DNA of 64,000 nt from Christensenellales bacterium (lineage in GTDB: Bacteria; Bacillota; Clostridia; Christensenellales; UBA1750). Positions 55,301-62,989 of this stretch are shown here, piece after piece. Both the position numbers and the translations under genes were made by a program. Position 1 is the first letter of the stretch. Every line of letters begins with the position of its first letter. The notes below the pieces were generated by a model, which was not told the origin of the DNA, ran no database searches, and saw only the letters and a program-made list of their open reading frames with translations. The stretch covers positions 97,064 to 161,063 of the forward strand of contig JBMNOE010000004.1 in assembly GCA_050942895.1 (NCBI GenBank), written 5' to 3'.

Positions 55301-55998
55301 TGGTCGCCTGTCATCGCACCGGCGACTCGTCAGGCATAAACACCCGCGCTCTTTACTCCAACAGCCGCTTTGGCTGGCGCTTTGAAGCGCCGGGAGACGA
55401 CGAGAAGCTGGGTATTATTGCCCCCGTCAGCAAGGGCGACAGCCTTAGGATTGTGGTTTGCAATATCAGCGGCGATGACGTGACGGCAAGGCTTATCGGC
55501 GATGAAGTTGAGCCGGGGCTTTGGAGCTTCAAGCACGGCCTTGATAACGACGGCGACGACATGATAGACGGCGGCGCCAGCGAATTTACGGCTGAGTTTG
55601 AGCGCACGGTGGGAGTTGAACTGACCTTTCCGGCCAACGCCACCACAGTCATAGAGGCGCGGCTTGTGCAGCGCGGGGTTTCATACTGGGATCGCTGCGA
55701 CCTGGCAATCGGCAGGGAAGACATAAGGTTTTATGACCACGGAATGAACGTTACTGTCCACTCCATCGGCGCGATTGATTCGCCGGAGGCGGAGGTGGTC
55801 CTTAAAAATGCGGAGGGGCAAATCCTCAAAAGAGCGGTTTTACCGCCCTTGGAGGCGCCGCAGGATCTATGGCCGAGATATCGGGATGTGATATTCAACC
55901 TGCACAATGTGGAAAGCCTTGACGGCTGCTACGTTGAGATCGATCCTGATAATAAGTTAAGCGAAATCACTCGCAGCAACAACATAGTAAAGCTGTGA
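52399..55998 (+). CDS. Large (1199 aa) uncharacterised protein: LamG/concanavalin-like N-terminal domain, unassigned ~800-aa core, CARDB-like C-terminus; no signal peptide
   Basis: GTLSFFWRS ... WSHFALAWDENWGIKFYINGEKVAE ... GGDICEIAIHDRMLCCEDILAL (Laminin_G_3-like pattern). The C-terminus EVVLKNAEGQ ... YVEIDPDNKLSEITRSNNIV is a CARDB-like ending. It has its own promoter and terminator. Confidence 0.6.
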   Translation: METFNSSLLFYASGASFDAEYAKGDPHHSFLKDVQIKEGGAKDKYFECENRQLLAWRAPGNIYAARGTLSFFWRSRYPVGPTAFPIFRAGFSDHSSWDAVWLRIDWNGEGYEAFITDINLSRARVRHTLGETPRPDIWSHFALAWDENWGIKFYINGEKVAEEYRPAVYSTGLDQFGPHSRIISHWQVQSDYNFIRGGDICEIAIHDRMLCCEDILALSESRIPPQIEEYSLDMKDDETRKGWQLRSGFDGDVPQIADQASVRKVEIHDAYDLKRWWWKGCDGIRETTWPGVYDRSRLKGRNDYFQLPDWDCYSLSGKAITFSAPDEEYNHIEVSGSAFGKLELVDDDGGVIKPLFERAQGIERSVNAIEPLKGGKIRFTNVLKEEPIGDFSLYNVTEGKAPEGVKRVFYSLFEGYSKKAEAQHELIAFIKGRYLPYERNIMTAIPAGESHKEKEFTGHDSIGGYPFVNIVIPYEADDSVGLDGVELKLPKLPDDVKIAVQIKDPLWYYRNLAHFVFSAKAGQEKTVWFDTRDRILPENKCLYMTIAFSDDGYGVDFLKEATVGLVYKSAEEAKTEHILDKFTQVRDIYGHMTEERPSVPELNCFNRVKADIFDLMRVDPNHKPGQYYFYDFVGRPARGRPALVPGYRPDYQTEPVPKGVPAWAFKQVEMLKHYKYIVNYYIDERMIENGELGGGLSDDGDFVATWCYLVMMGSDPEKVYDAMVKNTDAFYNQGLFTNGLCSIQADELHSSEEGIVSVAACMMANNGDPKMFERAMENARQLGWVTGINCAGHRHVKSTYFSGSVMAREEPWGGSQPAVFSAFCPSWMVSRFNGNERIREYLRELADGVLAHYDYENNRINTYIRFDDDQIVGTVFRNDGNRAMLLAATAQTGNEKYAWMLPENHNIDDRRTPGATKHPCLPLDENGVLDKEKIAENYEALCFHAGVNRYYNTLGSCWIDRVYLQQAMVACHRTGDSSGINTRALYSNSRFGWRFEAPGDDEKLGIIAPVSKGDSLRIVVCNISGDDVTARLIGDEVEPGLWSFKHGLDNDGDDMIDGGASEFTAEFERTVGVELTFPANATTVIEARLVQRGVSYWDRCDLAIGREDIRFYDHGMNVTVHSIGAIDSPEAEVVLKNAEGQILKRAVLPPLEAPQDLWPRYRDVIFNLHNVESLDGCYVEIDPDNKLSEITRSNNIVKL

Positions 55999-56005
55999 AG
56001 ATGCG

Positions 56006-56034
56006 AAGGGAAGCTTATACGGCTTCCCTTTTCA
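56006..56034 (+). terminator. Terminator of the 1199-aa protein gene
   Basis: AAGGGAAGC-TTATACG-GCTTCCCTT followed by TTCAAAATT. Confidence 0.75.
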
Positions 56035-56114
56035 AAATTCGATTGCTTTTTTTGAGAAAATGTTGCATAATTATTCTATTGTGATTTTTTTCTAACTTTG
56101 ATGGAGGACTGACA

Positions 56115-57179
56115 GTGATAAATTTCGGCTTGTTTTTGCTCACCATCGCAGTCGGGGTGCTGGGTGCGTTTTTTGCGCGCAAGGCGAAGATACCTGCGGG
56201 GGGAATGGTGGGCGCCATGGTTTTGGTCATGGCCTTCAACCTGCTGACCCAAAAGGGCTTCTTCTATGACGGGCTGCGCACTGTGGTGCAGATAGGCTCA
56301 GGGGCGATGATCGGCTCAAGCATGAAAAGGGAGCATATCAAGGCGCTAAAAAGCCTGATTTTACCAATGATAATACTTTGGGTGTTTATGCTGATTATGA
56401 ACCTGACAGCGGGCGGGCTGATAATCGCCCTGACCGATATGGATCCGGCCACGGCGTTTTTCGCTTCGTCGCCTGGGGGCATGGCGGACATGGCGCTGAT
56501 AGCATCGGAGATGGGCGCAAACCCGGCCTATGTGGCGGTCTTGCATCTGATACGCATTTTAACGATAATCATATTCATGCCGCCAATATACAAAAAGATA
56601 GGCGCAAAAGCACCTGAAACAAGAACAGAGACAGCAGTTGGTGAAACTGCTGCCGCATCAGGCGGGAATGGCCGGATCAAGCAAGCCATTCAGCTTTTGA
56701 CAACCGTTGCGATAGGTACGGTCGGGGGGCTTTTGTTTGCATGGCTGGGCGTTCCTGCCGGGGCGATGATCGGCTCGATGCTGTTTGTGGCGGCGTTCAG
56801 CGCTTTAGCCGACAAGGCCTACTATCCCTCCCCCCTAAGGAACTACACCCAGATCGCCGCAGGGATTTATGTGGGTATGCGCATGGACAGGGCGAGCTTC
56901 ATGACGCTGCCGGATTTGATATTGCCGGCCTTGATTCTCATCATAAGCGTATTTATTTTCGCCTTTTTAACCGGCTATGTGATGCACAAAGCTACAAAGG
57001 TTCCCCTTTGCACGGCGCTGATGGCATCCACGCCGGGGGGATTGCAGGAGATGTCAATACTCGCTGACGATCTGGGCATGGATGCACCGACTATAGCCCT
57101 CTTTCATACATCAAGGATGATGTTCGTGATAGCCATTTTCCCGACGATGCTGAAGCTGATTGTGACATATTTGCTTTGA
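56115..57179 (+). CDS. AbrB-duplication family membrane protein (putative transporter/regulator, PF05145-like)
   Basis: GGAGG lies 7 nt upstream of the GTG start. Two homologous polytopic halves (ARKAKIPAGGMVGAMVLVMAFNL / FAWLGVPAGAMIGSMLFVAAFSAL; SSPGGMADMALIASEMGANPAYVAVLHLIR / STPGGLQEMSILADDLGMDAPTIALFHTSR). Confidence 0.8.
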   Translation: MINFGLFLLTIAVGVLGAFFARKAKIPAGGMVGAMVLVMAFNLLTQKGFFYDGLRTVVQIGSGAMIGSSMKREHIKALKSLILPMIILWVFMLIMNLTAGGLIIALTDMDPATAFFASSPGGMADMALIASEMGANPAYVAVLHLIRILTIIIFMPPIYKKIGAKAPETRTETAVGETAAASGGNGRIKQAIQLLTTVAIGTVGGLLFAWLGVPAGAMIGSMLFVAAFSALADKAYYPSPLRNYTQIAAGIYVGMRMDRASFMTLPDLILPALILIISVFIFAFLTGYVMHKATKVPLCTALMASTPGGLQEMSILADDLGMDAPTIALFHTSRMMFVIAIFPTMLKLIVTYLL

Positions 57180-57197
57180 TAATGTCAATCAATAATA

Positions 57198-57962
57198 TCA
57201 AGGCTTTTTTGCAAGGTATAAATCAATTGTGTCAAAAACCGTCATGGTTCCGCCGAGGTTGTTTATCGCCTCGGCGATTTCTTTTTCAAAGACGCCCTTA
57301 ATTTCTGGCGGCAGGGCGATATGATCGGAATATGTGTTTAAAAGACCGATATAATCCTGGGCGCTGAAGTTTCTTTCACCGTGATAGAGCCTAAACTCAA
57401 CATCAGCAAATCCAAAGCGGGCAATTTTTTCAGCAATAGCGCGGCAGTCCTCCTCGCCATGGGGCTTGGGGCGCGCAGAGGGGCGGTATTTGGCATAGAC
57501 TTTTTGAATTTCAACATGCATCTGATCGTCCTCGCTGGCCGCGGAGGGATGGTTCCAGAAAAGCGCAAGCGTTCCGCCCTTTTTCAGCAGCCCATGGGCC
57601 TTGGGGTAGCCGATCTCGTCCTTGATCCAGTGAAAAGCCATGGCGGAATAGATGAGGTCGAAGGCGGTGCCGGTTTCAAAATCCTCAAAGCTGCTGTTTA
57701 TTATCGTTAAATTCTCATATTCTGAAAACTTCTGTCTGGAAAATTCGGCAAGGTCCTCGCCCAGCTCCACAGCGGTGATATTGCAGCCGGTTTTAAGAAA
57801 CGGCAAGGTGGCCTGGCCGGTGCCGAGGCCTATCTCCAAAGCTTGCTTGCTGTGATCAAGGCCGCAAAAGGCGGCAATATCGCTAAAAAGCCGGGGGTGA
57901 TAGCGGGGCCTGAAGCGGTCGTAGTTGGCGGCATCCTCGTTGAAGGTTTTACGAATATCCAT
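57198..57962 (-). CDS. Class I SAM-dependent methyltransferase
   Basis: Start set at ATG 57962, with AGGAGG 6 nt upstream. Motif I ALEIGLGTGQATLPFLKTGCNITAVELGEDLA. Confidence 0.85.
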   Translation of the reverse strand: MDIRKTFNEDAANYDRFRPRYHPRLFSDIAAFCGLDHSKQALEIGLGTGQATLPFLKTGCNITAVELGEDLAEFSRQKFSEYENLTIINSSFEDFETGTAFDLIYSAMAFHWIKDEIGYPKAHGLLKKGGTLALFWNHPSAASEDDQMHVEIQKVYAKYRPSARPKPHGEEDCRAIAEKIARFGFADVEFRLYHGERNFSAQDYIGLLNTYSDHIALPPEIKGVFEKEIAEAINNLGGTMTVFDTIDLYLAKKP

Positions 57963-58102
57963 CAAAATCCTCCTGATATAAAAGTAAAAAAGAGAATGTT
58001 ATTATATCAAGTGCGGTCTTGAAGTGCAAGTGGGGCGCAAACCTTGCCTTAGGCTTTCACTTTCTTTTTCATGTTTTATGAAAATAAACTGCGCCGCTTA
58101 AA

Positions 58103-58131
58103 TTGACAGTCAGCTTGGAATACTTTATCAT
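58103..58131 (+). promoter_or_regulatory. Promoter of GH105 gene
   Basis: TTGACA (58103-58108), 17-nt spacer, TATCAT (58126-58131). Confidence 0.6.
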
Positions 58132-58176
58132 ATAAGCATAAAGGATTAGGAACAAACATGAAAAGGAGCTACTATT

Positions 58177-59295
58177 ATGGAAAGTATGACAAAAAAGACA
58201 GCCCTCGATTACGCAAAAATGGGCGCTGATACCCTTATCCGCAAATTTACCGTGGAGGAGCTTCCGCCGAAAAACCGGTTCCATTACCATCAGGGGGTGT
58301 TCCTGTCGGGAATGCAGCGCACATTCTTCCTTTCCGGCGAGGAAAAATACTATGACTACATCAAAGCCTGGGTGGATTACTATATCGATGAAAACGGTGA
58401 GATCCGCTACTGTGACGTCCGGGAGTTTGACGACATGCAGCCGGCCATACTTCTTTATGATCTCTACGAAAGGACGGGCGACGAGCGCTATAAAAAGGTG
58501 CTTGACCGGTTTGTCCCCATAGTGGAAATGTGGCCCACCAATGCCCGGGGCGGCTTTTGGCACAAATATCACAGGGAAAACCAGATGTGGCTGGACGGCC
58601 TTTACATGATAGGCCCATACAGCACCATGTACGCCCATCACTTCGGCACGAAAGAATATTTCTTCGAGACCGCTTATCAGCAGATGAATCTTATGCGCCG
58701 CAACATGACCGATCCGGTCACGGGCCTTCTCTACCACGCCTGGGACGATTCAAAGGTCGTAGACTGGGCCGACAAGGAGACAGGGCTTTCGCCGGAGTTT
58801 TGGGGCAGGGCAATCGGCTGGTATGCCGTTGCGATACTTGACATTTTGGACTATCTGCCGGCTGATCACCCCCGCAGGCAGGAGTTCATCGACGCTGAGA
58901 GGGATATCATCGATGCCTTGATACGTTTCCAGGACGAAGAAACCGGCCTTTGGTATCAGGTGGTTGACAAGGGCGAGAGTGATGGCAACTGGCTTGAGAC
59001 CTCCTGTTCCTGCCTGTACAATTATGCCATCTGCAAGGCGGTAAAGACGGGGCTGATACACAAAAGCTATTTGAAGTACGCCCATAAAGCATACCAGGGC
59101 GTAATTGACTCCCTTACCTTCGAGGGGGAAAATGGCGAAGACCTGATCGTTTCCAATATTTGCATCGGCACCGGCGTGGGTGATTACGAATTCTACATCA
59201 ACCGGCCCACCGTTCAAAACGACCTGCATGGCATGGGCGCCTTCCTGCTGATGTGCACGGAATATTACGATACCTGCCAGCAGATGGGGGTTTAA
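58177..59295 (+). CDS. Unsaturated rhamnogalacturonyl hydrolase (GH105, YteR/YesR-like)
   Basis: HYHQGVFLSGM ... GGFWHKYHRENQMWLDGLYMIGPY ... LLYHAWDDSK ... FWGRAIGWYAVAILD ... TGLWYQVVDK ... SCSCLYNYAICKAV ... HGMGAFLL: typical GH105 (alpha/alpha)6 motifs. No signal peptide. Confidence 0.88.
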   Translation: MESMTKKTALDYAKMGADTLIRKFTVEELPPKNRFHYHQGVFLSGMQRTFFLSGEEKYYDYIKAWVDYYIDENGEIRYCDVREFDDMQPAILLYDLYERTGDERYKKVLDRFVPIVEMWPTNARGGFWHKYHRENQMWLDGLYMIGPYSTMYAHHFGTKEYFFETAYQQMNLMRRNMTDPVTGLLYHAWDDSKVVDWADKETGLSPEFWGRAIGWYAVAILDILDYLPADHPRRQEFIDAERDIIDALIRFQDEETGLWYQVVDKGESDGNWLETSCSCLYNYAICKAVKTGLIHKSYLKYAHKAYQGVIDSLTFEGENGEDLIVSNICIGTGVGDYEFYINRPTVQNDLHGMGAFLLMCTEYYDTCQQMGV

Positions 59296-59304
59296 TTTGT
59301 TGCC

Positions 59305-59480
59305 GGGCAGAGCCCCGGTATGGGTTTTTCACGAGAGCTCTGCCCTCGCGCTCCCGCCAAAGGCTGCCCCTTTGTGATCCCTTTATTATGGCCATCCGTT
59401 ATCTTGCGGCCGGCGGGCTTTGTTAGTGAGTCCGCGAAAAACGCCTTTTAAAGGCTTGCGGGGTCTGGGGCGGAGCCTTG
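59305..59480 (-). repeat. Intergenic hairpin repeat, copy D (diverged, inverted orientation)
   Basis: The reverse complement of 59434-59475 is TCCGCCCCAGACCCCGCAAGCCTTTAAAAGGCGTTTTTCGC (about 80 percent identical to the first 30 nt of copy B, by eye). Second module GAGAGCTCTGCCC...CCGCCAAAGG at 59333-59363, with stem GGGCAGAGC/GCTCTGCCC. Confidence 0.6.
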
Positions 59481-59500
59481 GAGTCTCATCCTTCAAAAAG

Positions 59501-59531
59501 AAAAACTGCCGACGCATTGCCGGCAGTTTTT
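59501..59531. terminator. Bidirectional terminator (GH105 / EF-G2 convergent pair)
   Basis: AAAAA-CTGCCG-ACGCATTGC-CGGCAG-TTTTT. Confidence 0.8.
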
Positions 59532-59552
59532 ATGTTTTATTTGGGGAAAGGA

Positions 59553-61628
59553 TTAATCCTCGATTTCCTCCATCTTGGCATTGGCGATTATCTTCTGAGC
59601 GATGTTCGCCGGCACTTCCTCGTAGCGCACGAACTCCATCGTGAAGGAACCGCGGGCCTGAGTCATGGAGCGAAGATCGGTGGCATACTTGAACATTTCG
59701 CTCTGGGGAACTTCCGCCTGAACTTCCTGCCCTTCCTCAACCTGGTGCATGCCCATGATGCGGCCGCGGCGGCGGTTCATGTCGCCTATGACATCGCCCA
59801 TATAGTCATCCGGCACGACGATCTTGGCCAGATATACCGGCTCCAGCAGAATGGGGGATGCGTCCGCGCACTTACGCAGGGCAAGCCTCGCGGCGATCTT
59901 GAAGGCCATTTCTGATGAGTCAACCGCGTGGTATGAGCCGTCGTACAGGGTCGCGCGGATGTTGACCACGGGGTACCCGGCGACGATGCCGCGGGGGAGG
60001 TTTTCCCTAAGGCCTTTTTCAACCGCGGGGATAAACTGGCGCGGAACCACGCCGCCCACGACCTTGTCCACAAATTCAAACTCGGTGTCGGAGTCGAAGA
60101 TGGGCTCGAATTCGATCCAGCAGTGGCCGTACTGCCCGTGGCCGCCGGATTGTTTCTTGTGGCGGCCCTCCGCCTTTATGGACTTGCGGATTGTCTCCCT
60201 GTAGGGGATCTTCGGGTCCACCAAAAGGGCTTCTGCGCCAAACTTGGCCTGAAGCTTTTTAAGGAGGACTTCCATCTGAAGCTCGCCCTGAGCGGACATC
60301 AGCATTTCCTTTGTATCGCTGGTCTTGGTGATGGTGAAGGAGGGATCCTCCTCCATCAGCCTTGCAAGGCCCGTGGCAATCTTGTCCTCATCGCCCTGCT
60401 TGGCGGAGACGACGGCCATCGATATCGCAGGCTGCGGGAATTCGAACTCTGGGTATTTTATCGGCTTGCCTGCCTCGCAGAGGGTGTGGCCGGTGGCGGT
60501 GTTTTGAAGCTTAGCCAAAGCGCCCACATCGCCAGCGATGAGCTTGTCGACATTGCTCTGTTTCTTGCCGCGCATTGTGTAAATAGAGCCTATTTTTTCG
60601 TTCTTGTCCGCATTGGGGTTGTAAAGCGACATATCTGCGGTGAGGGTTCCCGAAAGAACTTTTATGAGTGAAAGTTTCCCAACGAAGGGGTCGGCGACGG
60701 TCTTGAAAACCTGAGCGCTAAAGGGAGCGGAAGTGTTGCCCTCGCGGGTTTCCTCGGCGCCCGTGCGGGAGTTTTCGCCCTTGTATGTCCTGCCCGAGGC
60801 ATTGGGCATTATGCTTATGATGGTGTCTAAAACTGCATTCACGCCTATGCTGTTAAGGGATGAGCAGCAGACTACGGGGACAACCATGGCGCTGCTTATG
60901 CCGATGCCAAGACCTTTTTTGATCTCGTCGTCGGTGAGCTCGCCCGCATCGAAGAACTTTTCCATGAGGTCGTCGTCGGTGCCGGCGGCGGCTTCGGAAA
61001 GCTGCTCTTTCAACTCGTCCATCTGGGCCTGGATTTCATCGGATGGTCTTGAAACCTTCAGCGTCTTGCCCGCGCCGGTGTAGACGTTGCCGGAAAGCAG
61101 GTTGGCAACGCCCGAAAACTGGCCGCCCTCATAGACGGGCACCATTATGGGGGCTATGGCCGAGCCGTAAAGCTCCCTGAGCTGATCAAGGCACTTGTTG
61201 TAGTCGGCATGTTCCCTGTCCATCTGGTTGATCACTATCAGGTGGGGAATATCCATCTTCTGGGCCAGCTTATGAGCCTTTTCCGTGCCGACCGAAACAC
61301 CCGACTGGGCTGCCATGACTATCATCGCAAAGTCCGATATTTTAAGGGGAGCGTTCAGCTCGCCAACAAAATCAAAGTAACCGGGGAGATCTATGAAGGT
61401 GATCTTCTTTTCCTTCCATTCCAGCGGCGCTAAGGCTGCGCTTATGGAAGTCGTACGCCTGATTTCTTCGGGATCGTAGTCCGTGGTGGTGGTTCCGTCG
61501 GTGGTTTTGCCCATCCTTTCGATTGCGCCCGCGGCGAACAGCATTGCTTCAATCAGCGATGTCTTGCCGTCGCCGCCATGCCCAATCAAAGAAGCAGTAA
61601 ACAAATTTTCTGTTCTATAGTCCTTCAT
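59553..61628 (-). CDS. Elongation factor G paralog (EF-G2-like translational GTPase)
   Basis: Five-domain EF-G architecture, 691 aa. The G motifs diverge from canonical EF-G: G1 GHGGDGKTS, G3 DLPGYFDF (Tyr where EF-G has the catalytic His) and G4 NQMD. GGGAGG RBS. Confidence 0.85.
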   Translation of the reverse strand: MKDYRTENLFTASLIGHGGDGKTSLIEAMLFAAGAIERMGKTTDGTTTTDYDPEEIRRTTSISAALAPLEWKEKKITFIDLPGYFDFVGELNAPLKISDFAMIVMAAQSGVSVGTEKAHKLAQKMDIPHLIVINQMDREHADYNKCLDQLRELYGSAIAPIMVPVYEGGQFSGVANLLSGNVYTGAGKTLKVSRPSDEIQAQMDELKEQLSEAAAGTDDDLMEKFFDAGELTDDEIKKGLGIGISSAMVVPVVCCSSLNSIGVNAVLDTIISIMPNASGRTYKGENSRTGAEETREGNTSAPFSAQVFKTVADPFVGKLSLIKVLSGTLTADMSLYNPNADKNEKIGSIYTMRGKKQSNVDKLIAGDVGALAKLQNTATGHTLCEAGKPIKYPEFEFPQPAISMAVVSAKQGDEDKIATGLARLMEEDPSFTITKTSDTKEMLMSAQGELQMEVLLKKLQAKFGAEALLVDPKIPYRETIRKSIKAEGRHKKQSGGHGQYGHCWIEFEPIFDSDTEFEFVDKVVGGVVPRQFIPAVEKGLRENLPRGIVAGYPVVNIRATLYDGSYHAVDSSEMAFKIAARLALRKCADASPILLEPVYLAKIVVPDDYMGDVIGDMNRRRGRIMGMHQVEEGQEVQAEVPQSEMFKYATDLRSMTQARGSFTMEFVRYEEVPANIAQKIIANAKMEEIED

Positions 61629-61719
61629 GTATATCCTCCCTTGGCATTATAGATAAATGAACATTTATTAAGCTGAATTTGCAGCCGTAAACCTACCTTA
61701 AATAATAACAGAAAAACGG

Positions 61720-61769
61720 ACGAAAGAAAAGCCCTTTTTTGCGTTTTGAAGGTTTTGCGCAAGGGCTTT
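61720..61769 (-). terminator. Terminator after DUF1292 gene
   Basis: Minus strand AAAGCCCTTGCGC ... GCAAAAAAGGGCTTT long hairpin followed by TCTTTCG. Confidence 0.6.
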
Positions 61770-61833
61770 ACAATAATCCGTTTTTTTTTCTTATTTTCCG
61801 CTGTTCATCCGCCATTTTTTATTGCTGCTACAG

Positions 61834-62127
61834 CTATTCGGCTTCAAAATCCTCGATCTCCTGCATCTCAGACACGAACATTTCAAAAAGCTTGTTCAAA
61901 AGCTCCTCGTCATCCACGGCTTCGTAAGAATCCTCCTCATCGCCAATGATGGCTCGCAGTATGACCACGCCGGTTTCTTCTTCGTCAGGATCCTCCTCAA
62001 CGGGGGCAAGGACGACATAGTCCGCATCCTCGAAGTTTAGGGCATGGATAAATTCGAACATCACGCTCTGGTCGTTTTCGTCCAGAAGCTCAATATAATT
62101 ATCGTCCGCGCCAAATTTTTCCGCCAT
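61834..62127 (-). CDS. DUF1292 domain-containing protein
   Basis: 97-aa acidic protein; IELLDENDQSVMFEFIHALNFEDADYVVLAPVEE is typical of DUF1292. Conserved position downstream of ruvX. Confidence 0.85.
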   Translation of the reverse strand: MAEKFGADDNYIELLDENDQSVMFEFIHALNFEDADYVVLAPVEEDPDEEETGVVILRAIIGDEEDSYEAVDDEELLNKLFEMFVSEMQEIEDFEAE

Positions 62128-62216
62128 ACTCTTTTCCCGCTTTCATTTTATCTTTCATTTTATGTTTTTTTAGCGCCTGCACCGCTGCAGTTTGCTTTTG
62201 TTATATTGGAAATATA

Positions 62217-62648
62217 CTATTCGCCTTGTTTGCTTGCGCGGGCTCTGTCAAGGTAGGTTTGCAATATGTGAACGGCTGCCAGCTGGTCGATAACATCCTT
62301 GCGCTTCTCCCTGCGCATTCCGCTTTCGATGAGGCTGCGCTGGGCCATGGCAGATGTGAGCCGCTCATCCACAAACTCAAAGGGCAGCCCGCAGGCTTGC
62401 TGAAGGGCCAGAGCGAACCGGCGGGTTTCCTCAGCCTGTGAGCCTTCGGAGCCGTTCATGTTCAGCGGCAGCCCACAGACTATAAGCCCCGCTTCCCTTT
62501 CGGTGAAAAGCGCTGCAAGGCGGGCAATGTCCGCCTCAAGGCCCTTGCGCCTATATGTCTCAACAGGCTGGGCGGTTATGCCCAGAGGATCCGACGCAGC
62601 TATCCCGATGCGCCTGTGCCCCACGTCCAAAGCGATTACTCTTGTCAT
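62217..62648 (-). CDS. ruvX: Holliday junction resolvase-like RuvX (YqgF)
   Basis: VIALDVGHRRIGIAASDPLGITAQPVETY ... IVCGLPLNMNGSEG ... DERLTS. Confidence 0.93.
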   Translation of the reverse strand: MTRVIALDVGHRRIGIAASDPLGITAQPVETYRRKGLEADIARLAALFTEREAGLIVCGLPLNMNGSEGSQAEETRRFALALQQACGLPFEFVDERLTSAMAQRSLIESGMRREKRKDVIDQLAAVHILQTYLDRARASKQGE

Positions 62649-62658
62649 ATTAAAGCAG

Positions 62659-62922
62659 TTATCTGGGCTGGTTCGTTACATAGAAGCGAACCAGCTCCTC
62701 TAAAAGCTCGTCCCTTTCCATGCGCCTGATGAGATAACGGGCGTTATTATGGCTGGTAATATATGTTGGGTCCCCGGAGATTATGTAGCCCACTATCTGG
62801 TTGATGGGGTCGTAGCCTTTCTCCAAAAGGGCGTTGTAGACCATTATGAGTATGTCGCGCGCTGTCTGCGTCGGCTGACTTTCAAGCTTAAAGCGCATGG
62901 TTTCGTCGAAACTGCGTGCCAT
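62659..62922 (-). CDS. ireB: IreB family regulatory phosphoprotein (UPF0297/DUF965)
   Basis: Start set at ATG 62922 ([11 protein letters not shown]). [58 protein letters not shown]. Confidence 0.9.
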   Translation of the reverse strand: MARSFDETMRFKLESQPTQTARDILIMVYNALLEKGYDPINQIVGYIISGDPTYITSHNNARYLIRRMERDELLEELVRFYVTNQPR

Positions 62923-62989
62923 ATGAATTGCTCCCTTCCGTTTCCAACTATATACATTACGTATATTATACAGGAAATGTTTCAGGATT

